Positions 44,091 through 52,483 of a stretch of 64,000 bases of DNA are shown piece after piece. How positions within the stretch are numbered: position 1 is the first letter of the stretch; the number at the start of each line of letters is the position of its first letter. The stretch covers positions 173,088 to 237,087 of the forward strand of contig JAUSJT010000004.1 in assembly GCA_030647485.1 (NCBI GenBank), in the 5' to 3' direction. Below the pieces are notes generated by a model, which worked only from the letters and a program-made list of their open reading frames with translations, was not told the DNA's origin and made no database searches. The stretch is from a bacterium. GTDB lineage: Bacteria; Patescibacteriota; Minisyncoccia; Minisyncoccales; UBA10102. The position numbers and the translations under genes were made by a program.

Positions 44091-44240
44091 GGGGATAATA
44101 TGGGGAGAAACAGGGGATTTAAGGCAGGATTCCAAGGGGTAGAAATGTGGTTGACCAGGGTGCATGAGTGGGATATAGTGGAAATGTAGTGGAGACCTGT
44201 GGATAAAAGTGGGGATAACTCCCCATAACTGTGGATAACT
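44091..44240 (+). promoter_or_regulatory. phased GGGG/GTGG repeat array (MraZ operator-like) overlapping the mraZ promoter
   Basis: G-blocks start at 44091, 44102, 44113, 44136, 44147, 44158, 44168, 44178, 44189, 44199, 44209 and 44231 (period 10-11 bp). TTGACC-17-TATAGT promoter at 44151-44179. Confidence 0.6.
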
Positions 44241-44293
44241 CATTCGAGTCTGAAGACTCTTCAGAGTCTGAACGACTTAGCCAGGCTAAGGAT

Positions 44294-44725
44294 ATGTTCA
44301 TCGGAGAATACACATACTCAATAGACGATAAAAAGCGTCTTGCCATTCCTCCTAAGTTCAGGGAGATTTTAGGCAAAAAAGCTGTTATCACCAAAGGACT
44401 GGATACCTGTCTTTTTTTGTATCCCATAAAAGAATGGGAAGTGGAAGCTCAAAAGCTTGGGAATCTTCCGCCCACACAGGCAGCTGCCAGAAGCTACGCA
44501 CGAATTACCCTTGCGTCCGCGCGGGATGTTGATTTTGACTCATTAGGAAGAATTGTGCTTCCCGAATATCTTAAGGACTGGGCTGGATTTGGGAAAAGGG
44601 TTGTGGTGACTGGTGTCTACAAAAAAATTGAGATATGGGACGAGAAAAAGTGGACAGAATACAAAGAGAAGATTGAACCGAATATGGACAGCATCGCAGA
44701 AAGCTTGAAAGAATACGGCATTTAA
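44294..44725 (+). CDS. mraZ: transcriptional regulator MraZ
   Basis: MFIGEY start and two SpoVT/AbrB-like repeats (DDKKRLAIPPKFR; DSLGRIVLPEYL). Confidence 0.9.
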   Translation: MFIGEYTYSIDDKKRLAIPPKFREILGKKAVITKGLDTCLFLYPIKEWEVEAQKLGNLPPTQAAARSYARITLASARDVDFDSLGRIVLPEYLKDWAGFGKRVVVTGVYKKIEIWDEKKWTEYKEKIEPNMDSIAESLKEYGI

Positions 44726-44726
44726 C

Positions 44727-45617
44727 ATGCATATCCCTGTTCTAAAAGAAAAAGTCATAGAATATCTAGCACCCAAGCCAAATGAACATTTTATAGATTG
44801 CACGATAGGACAAGGAGGACACGCGCTTTCCATTCTTGAAAAGACAGGACCAAAAGGAAAAGTGCTCGGCATAGACCAAGATTCTGTATTCTTATCCCAG
44901 TTGCGGCAAACCATTCAGAAAGAATACAAGAATCGTTTACTGCTGGCAGAAGGAAACTTTGCACATATTACAACTATAGCGCAGCAAGAGAAGTTCAAAC
45001 CGGTGCACGGCATTCTCTTTGACCTCGGGTTTTCCTCTCTGCATATTGAAGAGAGCAAAAGGGGATTCTCGTTTCAAAAACAAGAACCCCTGGATATGCG
45101 GTACTCTTTATCCAATCCCATTACGGCAGAAAAAATAGTGAACTACTGGTCAAAGACGGATATTGAAAGAATCCTCAAGGAATATGGGGAAGAGCAGTTT
45201 TCAAAAGAAATCAGCCAGGCCATAGCAGAACATCGCTCGCAAACGCCTATAGTGAAAACAACGCAGCTGGTCAAAATCATTCAAGAAGCAACTCCCAAAT
45301 GGTACCACAAAAAGAAGGTGCATCCTGCAACAAAAACATTCCAGGCTCTGCGCATCGCGGTGAATAGCGAGTTAGAGAATATTAAAGAGGCGCTACCCCA
45401 AGCAGTGGAGCTCCTGGAACCTAACGGGAGAATAGCGGTCATATCTTTCCATTCATTAGAAGACAGAATCGTAAAAAATTTCTTTAAAACGCACCCCTCG
45501 CTTTCCATGATCACGAAAAAACCAATTACGCCTTCGTTGCAAGAACAAAAAGCAAATCCAAGGTCACGATCTGCTAAGTTGAGAATTGCCTCAAAACTCC
45601 CAACTCACAATACATGA
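44727..45617 (+). CDS. rsmH: 16S rRNA m4C1402 methyltransferase RsmH
   Basis: HIPVL, DCTIGQGGH, DLGFSS and SFHSLEDRIVK motifs. Confidence 0.95.
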   Translation: MHIPVLKEKVIEYLAPKPNEHFIDCTIGQGGHALSILEKTGPKGKVLGIDQDSVFLSQLRQTIQKEYKNRLLLAEGNFAHITTIAQQEKFKPVHGILFDLGFSSLHIEESKRGFSFQKQEPLDMRYSLSNPITAEKIVNYWSKTDIERILKEYGEEQFSKEISQAIAEHRSQTPIVKTTQLVKIIQEATPKWYHKKKVHPATKTFQALRIAVNSELENIKEALPQAVELLEPNGRIAVISFHSLEDRIVKNFFKTHPSLSMITKKPITPSLQEQKANPRSRSAKLRIASKLPTHNT

Positions 45618-45898
45618 AACTTTTAGCCACACTCACCCTTGCTTGTGCGGGTGTGTTTGGCTTTCTATATATTCTCCAAGTCAATGCGCTCACTGCCCAA
45701 GCCTATCATATGGGAGAATACGAAACGGAAAAACAACAACTTTCAGATCGCAATAAAACGCTGGAATCATCCGCGATTCGCATTCTTTCTATGAAAAACT
45801 TCGAGGATCTTGCGACTCTGATGAATTTTGAGAAGGCGTACGACATTTCATACATAAAAATTACAGAACCCGCAGTGGCAGCAACAAACACGAGATAA
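45614..45898 (+). CDS. FtsL-like small membrane protein
   Basis: Single TM helix plus coiled segment. Located between rsmH and ftsI. Confidence 0.5.
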   Translation: MKLLATLTLACAGVFGFLYILQVNALTAQAYHMGEYETEKQQLSDRNKTLESSAIRILSMKNFEDLATLMNFEKAYDISYIKITEPAVAATNTR

Positions 45899-45924
45899 TG
45901 GTTCGACTTTACTCGCCATAATAT

Positions 45925-47619
45925 ATGTCATCTTGGAGAACCAACATACTTCTTGTGTGCCTCATTCTATTGGGAACGGCCCTCATAGGCCGTTTGTCAT
46001 ATGTGCAAGTATTCCATCATGGGCTTTACAAGGCATTGGCCCAAGGCCAACAAGCCTTTCCCTACGTTGCAAAGGGGGAGCGGGGGAATATCTTTGCGCA
46101 AAACAAACAGGGAGACCTGCATACGTTGGCAACTCATGATACGGTCTCCATTGTCTTTGCGACTCCGTCTGAAGTAGTAAACCCAAAAGACGCAGCAAAA
46201 ACATTAGCAGATATTCTTGATATTGAAGAATCCTTTATCCAAGAAAAGCTTTCCCACACAGAGAGCCTGTTTGAGCTTTTAAAACGCAAGATCTCACTGG
46301 AAGAAGAGGAGGCCATTGCACGGGCAACAATTCCAGGCATATACCTTAAAGAAGAGAGCATCAGACGATACCCCCAAGAAACATTTGCATCCCAGGTGCT
46401 AGGGTTTACAAATCAAGACGGACAAGGCCAGTACGGTTTAGAGGAGTATTACCAAGAGGAACTTGATGGAAAAGAAGGATTCTTTACCACCATACGGAGT
46501 CCGGGTGGATACCTTGCTTCAGAATCAAAAGAGGCCATTGAAGACGGGTCGGATCTTTTGTTAACCATAGATTACAATATTCAGGCGCAGGCAGAAGCCA
46601 TACTACGTAGAGAACAGCCTAACCTAAAATTTAAACAGGCAAGTATTATTGTCATAGAACCCTCGTCTGGGAAGATTATGGCATTAGCGAACATCCCCGG
46701 CTTTAACCCCAATGAATATGGGAGCGTAAAAAATCTTGCAGCTTTCCAAAACCCCGCTATCCAAAGTCTGTTCGAACCGGGTTCCGTATTCAAACCTTTA
46801 ACCATGGCAGGAGCAATTGATGCTGGGGCGTTAAAGCCAGAAACAACCTATGAAGACAAGGGAATAGTTCGCATAGGGGGATATAAGGTGCTGAACTATG
46901 ATGAAAGAATATGGGGAAAGAGGACAATGACAGAAGTATTGGAATTCTCTATTAACACAGGGGCGGTATTTGCTCAACAACAACTAGGTAATGAAAGGTT
47001 TCTCCAGGTCCTAGAAAGGTTCGGCATGTTCTACTCAACGGGCATTGATCTTGCAGGAGAGGCATACTCTCAAAACCAGGAATTAAAAAAGGGGTATGAC
47101 ATTAACTTTGCAACCGCCGCATTCGGGCAGGGTATTGAAATAACGCCCATACAGCTGGTTCGCGCCTACAGCGCCCTTGCCAACAAGGGGGTCATGGTAA
47201 AACCATACATGGTAGAAAAACTCATGAAAGGAGGCACAGAGTATAAAACAAAACCCGAGTTCTCTTTGCCCGTTTTTTCTTCCAAAACAGCTAACCTCGT
47301 AACCCAGATGATGGTCAATGTGGTTGAGAATGGGTTTTCCAAGAAAGCAAAAATCCCCGGCTATTACCTTGCAGGGAAAACAGGAACCGCCCAAGTTCCT
47401 TGGTCTGCGTTGGGTCAGAATAAATCAGGATATTCTGATGAAACAGTACAGTCATTCGTGGGATTCGCTCCGGCGTACAACCCAAGATTTCTCATACTGG
47501 TGAAATTGGACAATCCCCAGACAAAAACTGCAGAATACTCCGCCATGCCTCTTTTTCGCGAATTGGCCAAATATACTATAGACTACCTTGAGATACCTCC
47601 GGACTACGAAATAGAATAA
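45925..47619 (+). CDS. ftsI: penicillin-binding protein (FtsI/PBP2-type transpeptidase)
   Basis: N-terminal TM helix and motifs SVFK, SINTG and KTGTA. Confidence 0.9.
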   Translation: MSSWRTNILLVCLILLGTALIGRLSYVQVFHHGLYKALAQGQQAFPYVAKGERGNIFAQNKQGDLHTLATHDTVSIVFATPSEVVNPKDAAKTLADILDIEESFIQEKLSHTESLFELLKRKISLEEEEAIARATIPGIYLKEESIRRYPQETFASQVLGFTNQDGQGQYGLEEYYQEELDGKEGFFTTIRSPGGYLASESKEAIEDGSDLLLTIDYNIQAQAEAILRREQPNLKFKQASIIVIEPSSGKIMALANIPGFNPNEYGSVKNLAAFQNPAIQSLFEPGSVFKPLTMAGAIDAGALKPETTYEDKGIVRIGGYKVLNYDERIWGKRTMTEVLEFSINTGAVFAQQQLGNERFLQVLERFGMFYSTGIDLAGEAYSQNQELKKGYDINFATAAFGQGIEITPIQLVRAYSALANKGVMVKPYMVEKLMKGGTEYKTKPEFSLPVFSSKTANLVTQMMVNVVENGFSKKAKIPGYYLAGKTGTAQVPWSALGQNKSGYSDETVQSFVGFAPAYNPRFLILVKLDNPQTKTAEYSAMPLFRELAKYTIDYLEIPPDYEIE

Positions 47620-47701
47620 GGAGCCGGGCCGAGCTTCCATATGCCGTCCCGCTACGCGGGACATGGCAATTAAGGTTGCTCGGCCGCAAAAATTCAAGCA
47701 G
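47620..47701 (+). repeat. small palindromic insert after ftsI
   Basis: GGCCGAGC..GCTCGGCC outer stem, inner GTCCCGC-TAC-GCGGGAC, then AAAATTCAA-GCAG-TTGAATTTT. Confidence 0.5.
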
Positions 47702-47734
47702 TTGAATTTTCGCCCAGATTATGAGATAGAATAG
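47702..47734 (+). pseudogene. displaced duplicate of the ftsI 3' end
   Basis: Encodes L-N-F-R-P-D-Y-E-I-E-stop versus the genuine L-E-I-P-P-D-Y-E-I-E-stop. The last six codons differ only at third positions. Confidence 0.65.
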
Positions 47735-47745
47735 GAAAGACACAC

Positions 47746-47821
47746 GGCCTCATCGTCTAGCCTGGTCTAGGACATCTGGTTCTCATCCAGAAGATCAGGG
47801 GTTCAAATCCCCTTGAGGCCG
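47746..47821 (+). tRNA. tRNA-Glu (CTC)
   Basis: Acceptor GGCCTCA/TGAGGCC, anticodon arm TCTGG-TTCTCAT-CCAGA. Confidence 0.9.
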
Positions 47822-47896
47822 CAACGTAATAAATTTGTCTTGCAAATTTAAACGTTGCTGGAACGTTGAATTTTGTTAAACAAAATTCAACGTTCC
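47821..47896 (+). repeat. post-tRNA double-hairpin module, copy 2
   Basis: GCAACGT..ACGTTGC hairpin followed by GGAACGTTGAATTTTGTT-AAA-CAAAATTCAACGTTCC. Confidence 0.6.
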
Positions 47897-47968
47897 GCAA
47901 ATCAAACTTGAATCTCACAATCAGTCGTGGTACAGTAATAACAGAACGTTTGAAGGAGGTAAGTAGTA

Positions 47969-48244
47969 ATGGCTAAGGTATTAGTCGTCCTCGGACCTCT
48001 TGGGGGCTTGGTACTCACAGTAATAGCGGGCTTCGTCGTTTTAGAAGATAGCGATGTGGCATTTGGAGGGGTATACATCTTCTTCCTACTACTCTCGTTG
48101 TCTATTCTCCTCGGAGAAGGTCTCATAACTTGGAATAACCCTACGCCGGAACGCTTACGCGCAAATTACACCCTTGCACTAACCCTTGGTGCTTTCGGTG
48201 TCGTACTCTTTGTAAGCGCCTTGGGCATCAGATATATCATCTAA
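47969..48244 (+). CDS. hypothetical small membrane protein
   Basis: GGAGG before the ATG. 91 aa with 3 TM helices. Own terminator at 48261-48291. Confidence 0.5.
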   Translation: MAKVLVVLGPLGGLVLTVIAGFVVLEDSDVAFGGVYIFFLLLSLSILLGEGLITWNNPTPERLRANYTLALTLGAFGVVLFVSALGIRYII

Positions 48245-48260
48245 GCAAGGGGAACTTAGG

Positions 48261-48291
48261 CGGAGGGATATCACATCCCTCTGTTTTTTTG
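48261..48291 (+). terminator. rho-independent terminator
   Basis: GAGGGAT-ATCAC-ATCCCTC followed by a T-run. Confidence 0.75.
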
Positions 48292-48294
48292 ACA

Positions 48295-48348
48295 TAGGGC
48301 ATCTGGTTCTCATCCTGAAGATCAGGGGTTCAAATCCGGTTGGGGCCG
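48295..48348 (+). pseudogene. tRNA-Glu 3' fragment (anticodon arm to 3' end)
   Basis: CATCTGGTTCTCATCCtGAAGATCAGGGGTTCAAATCC matches 47773-47810. Its acceptor 3' strand differs (TGGGGCC). Confidence 0.7.
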
Positions 48349-48360
48349 CACCACATCAAT

Positions 48361-48636
48361 TTATATTCTCTTGAGTACGCTCTTGTAAGCAACTGAGCGA
48401 TGCTGTATTAAAAGTATTTTTACAATAGAACTCTCAATACGAAAGACAACGCGATAATCTCCAACCCTCAGCTTGCGATACCCCTTCAGGGAATGACGAA
48501 GAGGCCTGCCAAATACCTCGGGCTGATGGGTGAGCTTTTCTTCAATTGCTCTCTTAATACTGTTCTGCCAATCTTTTGATATCTTGGGCATGTCTTCACG
48601 AAGAACATCTTCGTGGTAACGTATCTCAAAATTCAT
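48361..48636 (-). CDS. RelE/ParE-family toxin
   Basis: 91 aa. KLRVGDYRVVFRIE..ILLIQHRS is typical of RelE/ParE. Overlaps the upstream antitoxin gene by 4 nt. Confidence 0.8.
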   Translation of the reverse strand: MNFEIRYHEDVLREDMPKISKDWQNSIKRAIEEKLTHQPEVFGRPLRHSLKGYRKLRVGDYRVVFRIESSIVKILLIQHRSVAYKSVLKRI

Positions 48637-48881
48637 GCCCTTCGACTCTGCTCAGGGCCTACGACCCATGCTTGTTTATGGGAAACAAAACGGGCTTTTT
48701 TTGTATCCCGGGTATTCGCAACCTGATCCCAAATCATGTCCTCTTCTAATTCAAGGGCAAGCTGCAGCAGATGTACAGCTTTTGTTGCTTGAGGAACCTG
48801 GTCTCGCGCAGCTACCAATGAAAGCGCCTGCTCCACGGTTTTTGGGATACTTATATTGATTCTCTTTTTTGTAGTAGCCAT
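48633..48881 (-). CDS. antitoxin (RHH-like)
   Basis: KKRINISIPKTVEQAL N-terminal ribbon-helix-helix pattern. TTGACA-TACACT promoter and GTGTATC repeats lie upstream. Confidence 0.65.
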   Translation of the reverse strand: MATTKKRINISIPKTVEQALSLVAARDQVPQATKAVHLLQLALELEEDMIWDQVANTRDTKKARFVSHKQAWVVGPEQSRRA

Positions 48882-49016
48882 ATTGGTGTATCTTTAGTGT
48901 ATCACCTACGAAACATACGTGTCAAGACCCCTAGACTTCATCATCTACAAACCGGATAAACGGCAATATCAACCACGCTGCGGCGGTGAATACCGCAGAA
49001 ACCACAATAAGAGGAA

Positions 49017-49788
49017 GTGTTAGACCTCGGAGGTCTAACACTTCCGAGGTCTAACATCTTGGCTAAACCTATTCAAGAAAAAGATGGCTGAGATGAATCT
49101 CGTTTTCTTTAAGCTTTGCTGTGCTTGTATCCACAAATTCCTGGTAGAACTTTTGCGTTGTAAATTGATTCAGCACAATGTTTGGGTTAAGAAGTTCTTT
49201 CCAGCGATTTTCTCTGGCGAAATCCTGATAACTTGACCAGGGATAGGAAATCTCTTTATCCGTCCAGGCTTCCAATGATCTCGGGTTACGATGGATATAC
49301 GCTGAAAGATAAAGAAGTTGCTCGTTTTTCTCAACAGGTACCGCGCGAAAACTTCCCCGAAAAACATGTCCGCCCCTCTGGTATTTTGCATTAAAATATT
49401 TTGCGTATCCACCTTCAAGTCGTTGAAGATAGCTTGAGATACCACCCTTTTCTTTTTCTTGAATCAGCAGATGAAAATGATTGGGCATTATCGCAAAAGC
49501 ATTCAGTTCCACCTGCTGTTTGGAACGCATCTGCACTATTGCTTCTTGGGCAATGTTAAACTTTGTGTGTTCAATAAAATACGAGACGGAACGTCCGATG
49601 TTGAAAAACGGAGTGGGGAATTGATAAAAGAGCAGGAAGAAAATCATACGCGCATAGTCACGTTCGTCGAAAAAGATGGTTTTGCCATCGTTGCTTTTAT
49701 TGCAGAGATGATAATAGAACCCTGGCGCAAATTGAATTTTCCTCCTCATGCTTTTAGTGTATCATGCTAGACCTCCGAGGTCTAACAT
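49017..49788 (-). mobile_element. IS200/RAYT-like unit bounded by related palindromes
   Basis: GTGTTAGACCTC-G-GAGGTCTAACAC at 49017-49041 (plus a half-copy at 49042-49057). ATGCTAGACCTC-C-GAGGTCTAACAT at 49764-49788. Confidence 0.6.
49069..49749 (-). CDS. Y1 (HUH) transposase, IS200-like / REP-associated tyrosine transposase family
   Basis: HUH motif MPNHFHLLI and catalytic-Tyr region YLSAYIHRNP. 226 aa. Confidence 0.8.
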   Translation of the reverse strand: MRRKIQFAPGFYYHLCNKSNDGKTIFFDERDYARMIFFLLFYQFPTPFFNIGRSVSYFIEHTKFNIAQEAIVQMRSKQQVELNAFAIMPNHFHLLIQEKEKGGISSYLQRLEGGYAKYFNAKYQRGGHVFRGSFRAVPVEKNEQLLYLSAYIHRNPRSLEAWTDKEISYPWSSYQDFARENRWKELLNPNIVLNQFTTQKFYQEFVDTSTAKLKENEIHLSHLFLE

Positions 49789-49862
49789 GCTGCCGGGACT
49801 CTATGAGGCCGCTACGAATACACGGTATAGCGTAAACTCACCATTCTTTCTATAATAGAAGA

Positions 49863-52478
49863 ATGATATCATCATGGCATAGTCTTCCGGTAGAAAAAGT
49901 AATACAACTTCTGGAAACGAATATTGTTCAGGGACTCACTCAAAAGGAAGCAGAACAAAGGCAAAAGACATACGGGCCAAACACTCTTGGAGAAGAAAAA
50001 TCAGTTTCTTCTCTTTTCTTGTTTCTCTCGCAATTCACAAACCCTCTCGTACTCGTCCTCTTGTTCGCAGGATCTGTGACATTGCTTTTGGCAAAATACA
50101 CTGATAGCGTTGTTATTCTTGGCGCCATGCTCGTAAATGCATTCATTGGATATCTTCAAGAACAAAAAGCAACAAAGGCTCTTTCAGAACTCAAAAAAGT
50201 ATTGAAGTACAAGGCGCTGGTGATCCGGGATGGAATAGAACAAGAAATACCGCAAGAACATCTTGTTCCGGGAGATATTATTCTCCTGCAAGAAGGAGGC
50301 AGAGTTCCTGCTGATGCAAGGATTATTGAATCCTGGGAATTGAAGATTAATGAAGCTGTCTTAACAGGGGAGTGGCTGGCCTCATCAAAGCAAACAGAAC
50401 CTGTTGCAGAACAGACCCCTGTTGCTGACCGGGACACCATGGCGTATATGGGGAGCGTTGTGGAAGAAGGAGGTGGAACAGCAGTGATTGTCGCAACCGC
50501 CTCCAACACCGAGGTAGGAAAAATAGGGAAGCTGCTGCAAATCACGGCAAAAGAAGAAACACCATACCATCAAAAGCTTAAACGCCTTTCTTCTTTTATT
50601 GGCGTTGCCGTTACCCTCGCAGCTTTTCTCATATTCCTAGCTGGAGTCGCAACAGGAAAAGACCTTATTGAAATGTTCACCATAGCAGTAGCGGTTGCCG
50701 TGGCTGCGATCCCAGAAGGGCTACCGGCAGCAATGACCATTGTTTTAGCCATAGGCACGCAAAGGATATTGAAACAAAAGGGGCTCGTGCGCCATATGGC
50801 CTCTGCCGAAACTCTGGGGAGCACTTCGGTTATAGCAACGGATAAGACTCTAACGCTTACTGAAGGCAGAATGGAAGTTGAAGAGATTGTGCCTTTTGTG
50901 AAAAACGGAAGAGAAGACATTCTTTGTACGGCAGCACTTGCGAATCGAGCGTTCATTGAGAATCCTTCTGCGATGTTTTCCGCCCAAGGCGGATCCGCCT
51001 TTGGAGGAGAACAATGGCGCATCATTGGCAAACCAACCGACACGGCATTGGTGAGAGCTGCCATGGAAGCTGGCATTTCCAAAACCGTGCTGGAAAAAGA
51101 AATGCCCCTCATATTCAAAATTCCTTTTAGCTCCAAAACTCCTTACACGGCATCCTTTCATCAAACATTCCAAGGAACTTTGCAGTGCCATGTTGCCGGC
51201 CTTCCAGAAGCCATTCTTGCCTTGTCCTTGCTTTCGCAAGAAGAGAAAGAACGCATGGCTAAAAAACTTGAAGAACTTGCACAAAGAGGCCTGCGGGTTA
51301 TTGCGTTTGCTAAAAAAGAATTATCTAGAATTCCTCATTCCTTCCATCAAGAGGTCTCACGGCTCCAATTTCTTGGTCTCATTGCCTTTAAGGACCCCCT
51401 GCGCAAAGGGGCAAAAGAAGCCATTCGAGAGGCAAAAGAAGCAGGAGTGCGCATTATCCTGGTCACGGGAGATCATCCGCTCACTGCCAGAGCAGTGGCA
51501 GAAGAACTTGGGATAGACGGAGGAAGGGAAACTATGATGGAGGGAAAAGAATTAGAACGGCTTTCAGATAAAGAACTCCAACGGCGCCTACCTTATATCT
51601 CAATATTCGCAAGAGTAGAACCTAGCCACAAGCTCCGCATTATTGAGGCCTGGCAAGCAAAAGGAGAGGTCGTAGCCATGACAGGAGACGGAGTAAACGA
51701 TGCTCCCGCTTTAAAGAAAGCAGACATTGGGTTGGCTTTGGGATCTGGCACTGATGTTGCGAAAGAAGCGTCAGACCTTATTCTTCTCACTGACGACTTT
51801 GCCATTATCCCAGCTGCCATACGCGAAGGACGGCTTATTATAGACAACATACGGAAAATAATCACGTACTTAGTTTCAGGTTCTTTTACCGAAACCATTC
51901 TTATAGGAGGGAGCTTGCTGGCAGGACTTCCTCTACCCGTCACAGCTCTCCAGATTCTTTGGATAAATCTTGCAGAAGATGTGCTTCCTGGAGCCGCCCT
52001 TGCCTTTGAAAAGCCCCAGAAGGATTTGATGAAAAGAAAGCCCCTGAAAAAGCATGAGTCCTTGCTCACGGGAGAAATGAAAGCCATTATTTTCTTTGTC
52101 AGTGTTATAAGCGATGTCCTGCTCTTTTTACTCTTCTGGTGGCTTTTGCAAGGAGAATATTCTCTGTCGCATATTCAAACACTCATTTTTGTTGGACTTG
52201 GTTTAAACTCTCTTTTCTATGTATTCTCTATACGCAATCTCCGGGAAAACATCTGGCGCTATAATCCTTTGTCCAACCCCTTACTCGTGGGAGCTGTCGT
52301 ATTTGGAATCTCTTTGCTCTTCTTGGCGGTATATGCGCCGTTCATGCAGACACTTTTAAAGACCATTCCGCTTTCACTTTTTGATTGGATTCTGCTTGGA
52401 GGATTAACAATCCTAGATGTCACAATGATAGAAACTATGAAGTGGATTTTCATAAAGCGTGAAAAACTGATACAGTAA
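49863..52478 (+). CDS. P-type cation-transporting ATPase (type II-like)
   Basis: TGEW, phosphorylation site DKTLTLT (variant of DKTGTLT), TGDHPLTA, GDGVNDAPALKKADIG. About 10 TM helices. Confidence 0.9.
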   Translation: MISSWHSLPVEKVIQLLETNIVQGLTQKEAEQRQKTYGPNTLGEEKSVSSLFLFLSQFTNPLVLVLLFAGSVTLLLAKYTDSVVILGAMLVNAFIGYLQEQKATKALSELKKVLKYKALVIRDGIEQEIPQEHLVPGDIILLQEGGRVPADARIIESWELKINEAVLTGEWLASSKQTEPVAEQTPVADRDTMAYMGSVVEEGGGTAVIVATASNTEVGKIGKLLQITAKEETPYHQKLKRLSSFIGVAVTLAAFLIFLAGVATGKDLIEMFTIAVAVAVAAIPEGLPAAMTIVLAIGTQRILKQKGLVRHMASAETLGSTSVIATDKTLTLTEGRMEVEEIVPFVKNGREDILCTAALANRAFIENPSAMFSAQGGSAFGGEQWRIIGKPTDTALVRAAMEAGISKTVLEKEMPLIFKIPFSSKTPYTASFHQTFQGTLQCHVAGLPEAILALSLLSQEEKERMAKKLEELAQRGLRVIAFAKKELSRIPHSFHQEVSRLQFLGLIAFKDPLRKGAKEAIREAKEAGVRIILVTGDHPLTARAVAEELGIDGGRETMMEGKELERLSDKELQRRLPYISIFARVEPSHKLRIIEAWQAKGEVVAMTGDGVNDAPALKKADIGLALGSGTDVAKEASDLILLTDDFAIIPAAIREGRLIIDNIRKIITYLVSGSFTETILIGGSLLAGLPLPVTALQILWINLAEDVLPGAALAFEKPQKDLMKRKPLKKHESLLTGEMKAIIFFVSVISDVLLFLLFWWLLQGEYSLSHIQTLIFVGLGLNSLFYVFSIRNLRENIWRYNPLSNPLLVGAVVFGISLLFLAVYAPFMQTLLKTIPLSLFDWILLGGLTILDVTMIETMKWIFIKREKLIQ

Positions 52479-52483
52479 ACCTA

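Noticed and set aside
44198-44238. Two perfect DnaA boxes interpreted as oriC
   Set aside because: This is not adopted as the primary call. The boxes are part of the phased GTGGA repeat series typical of MraZ operators. No dnaA/dnaN or AT-rich unwinding element is adjacent. It remains an alternative in the findings.
44231-44293. GTG-initiated 21-codon extension of mraZ
   Set aside because: MraZ proteins start at MF(I/M)GEY. The extension overlaps the operator repeat array.
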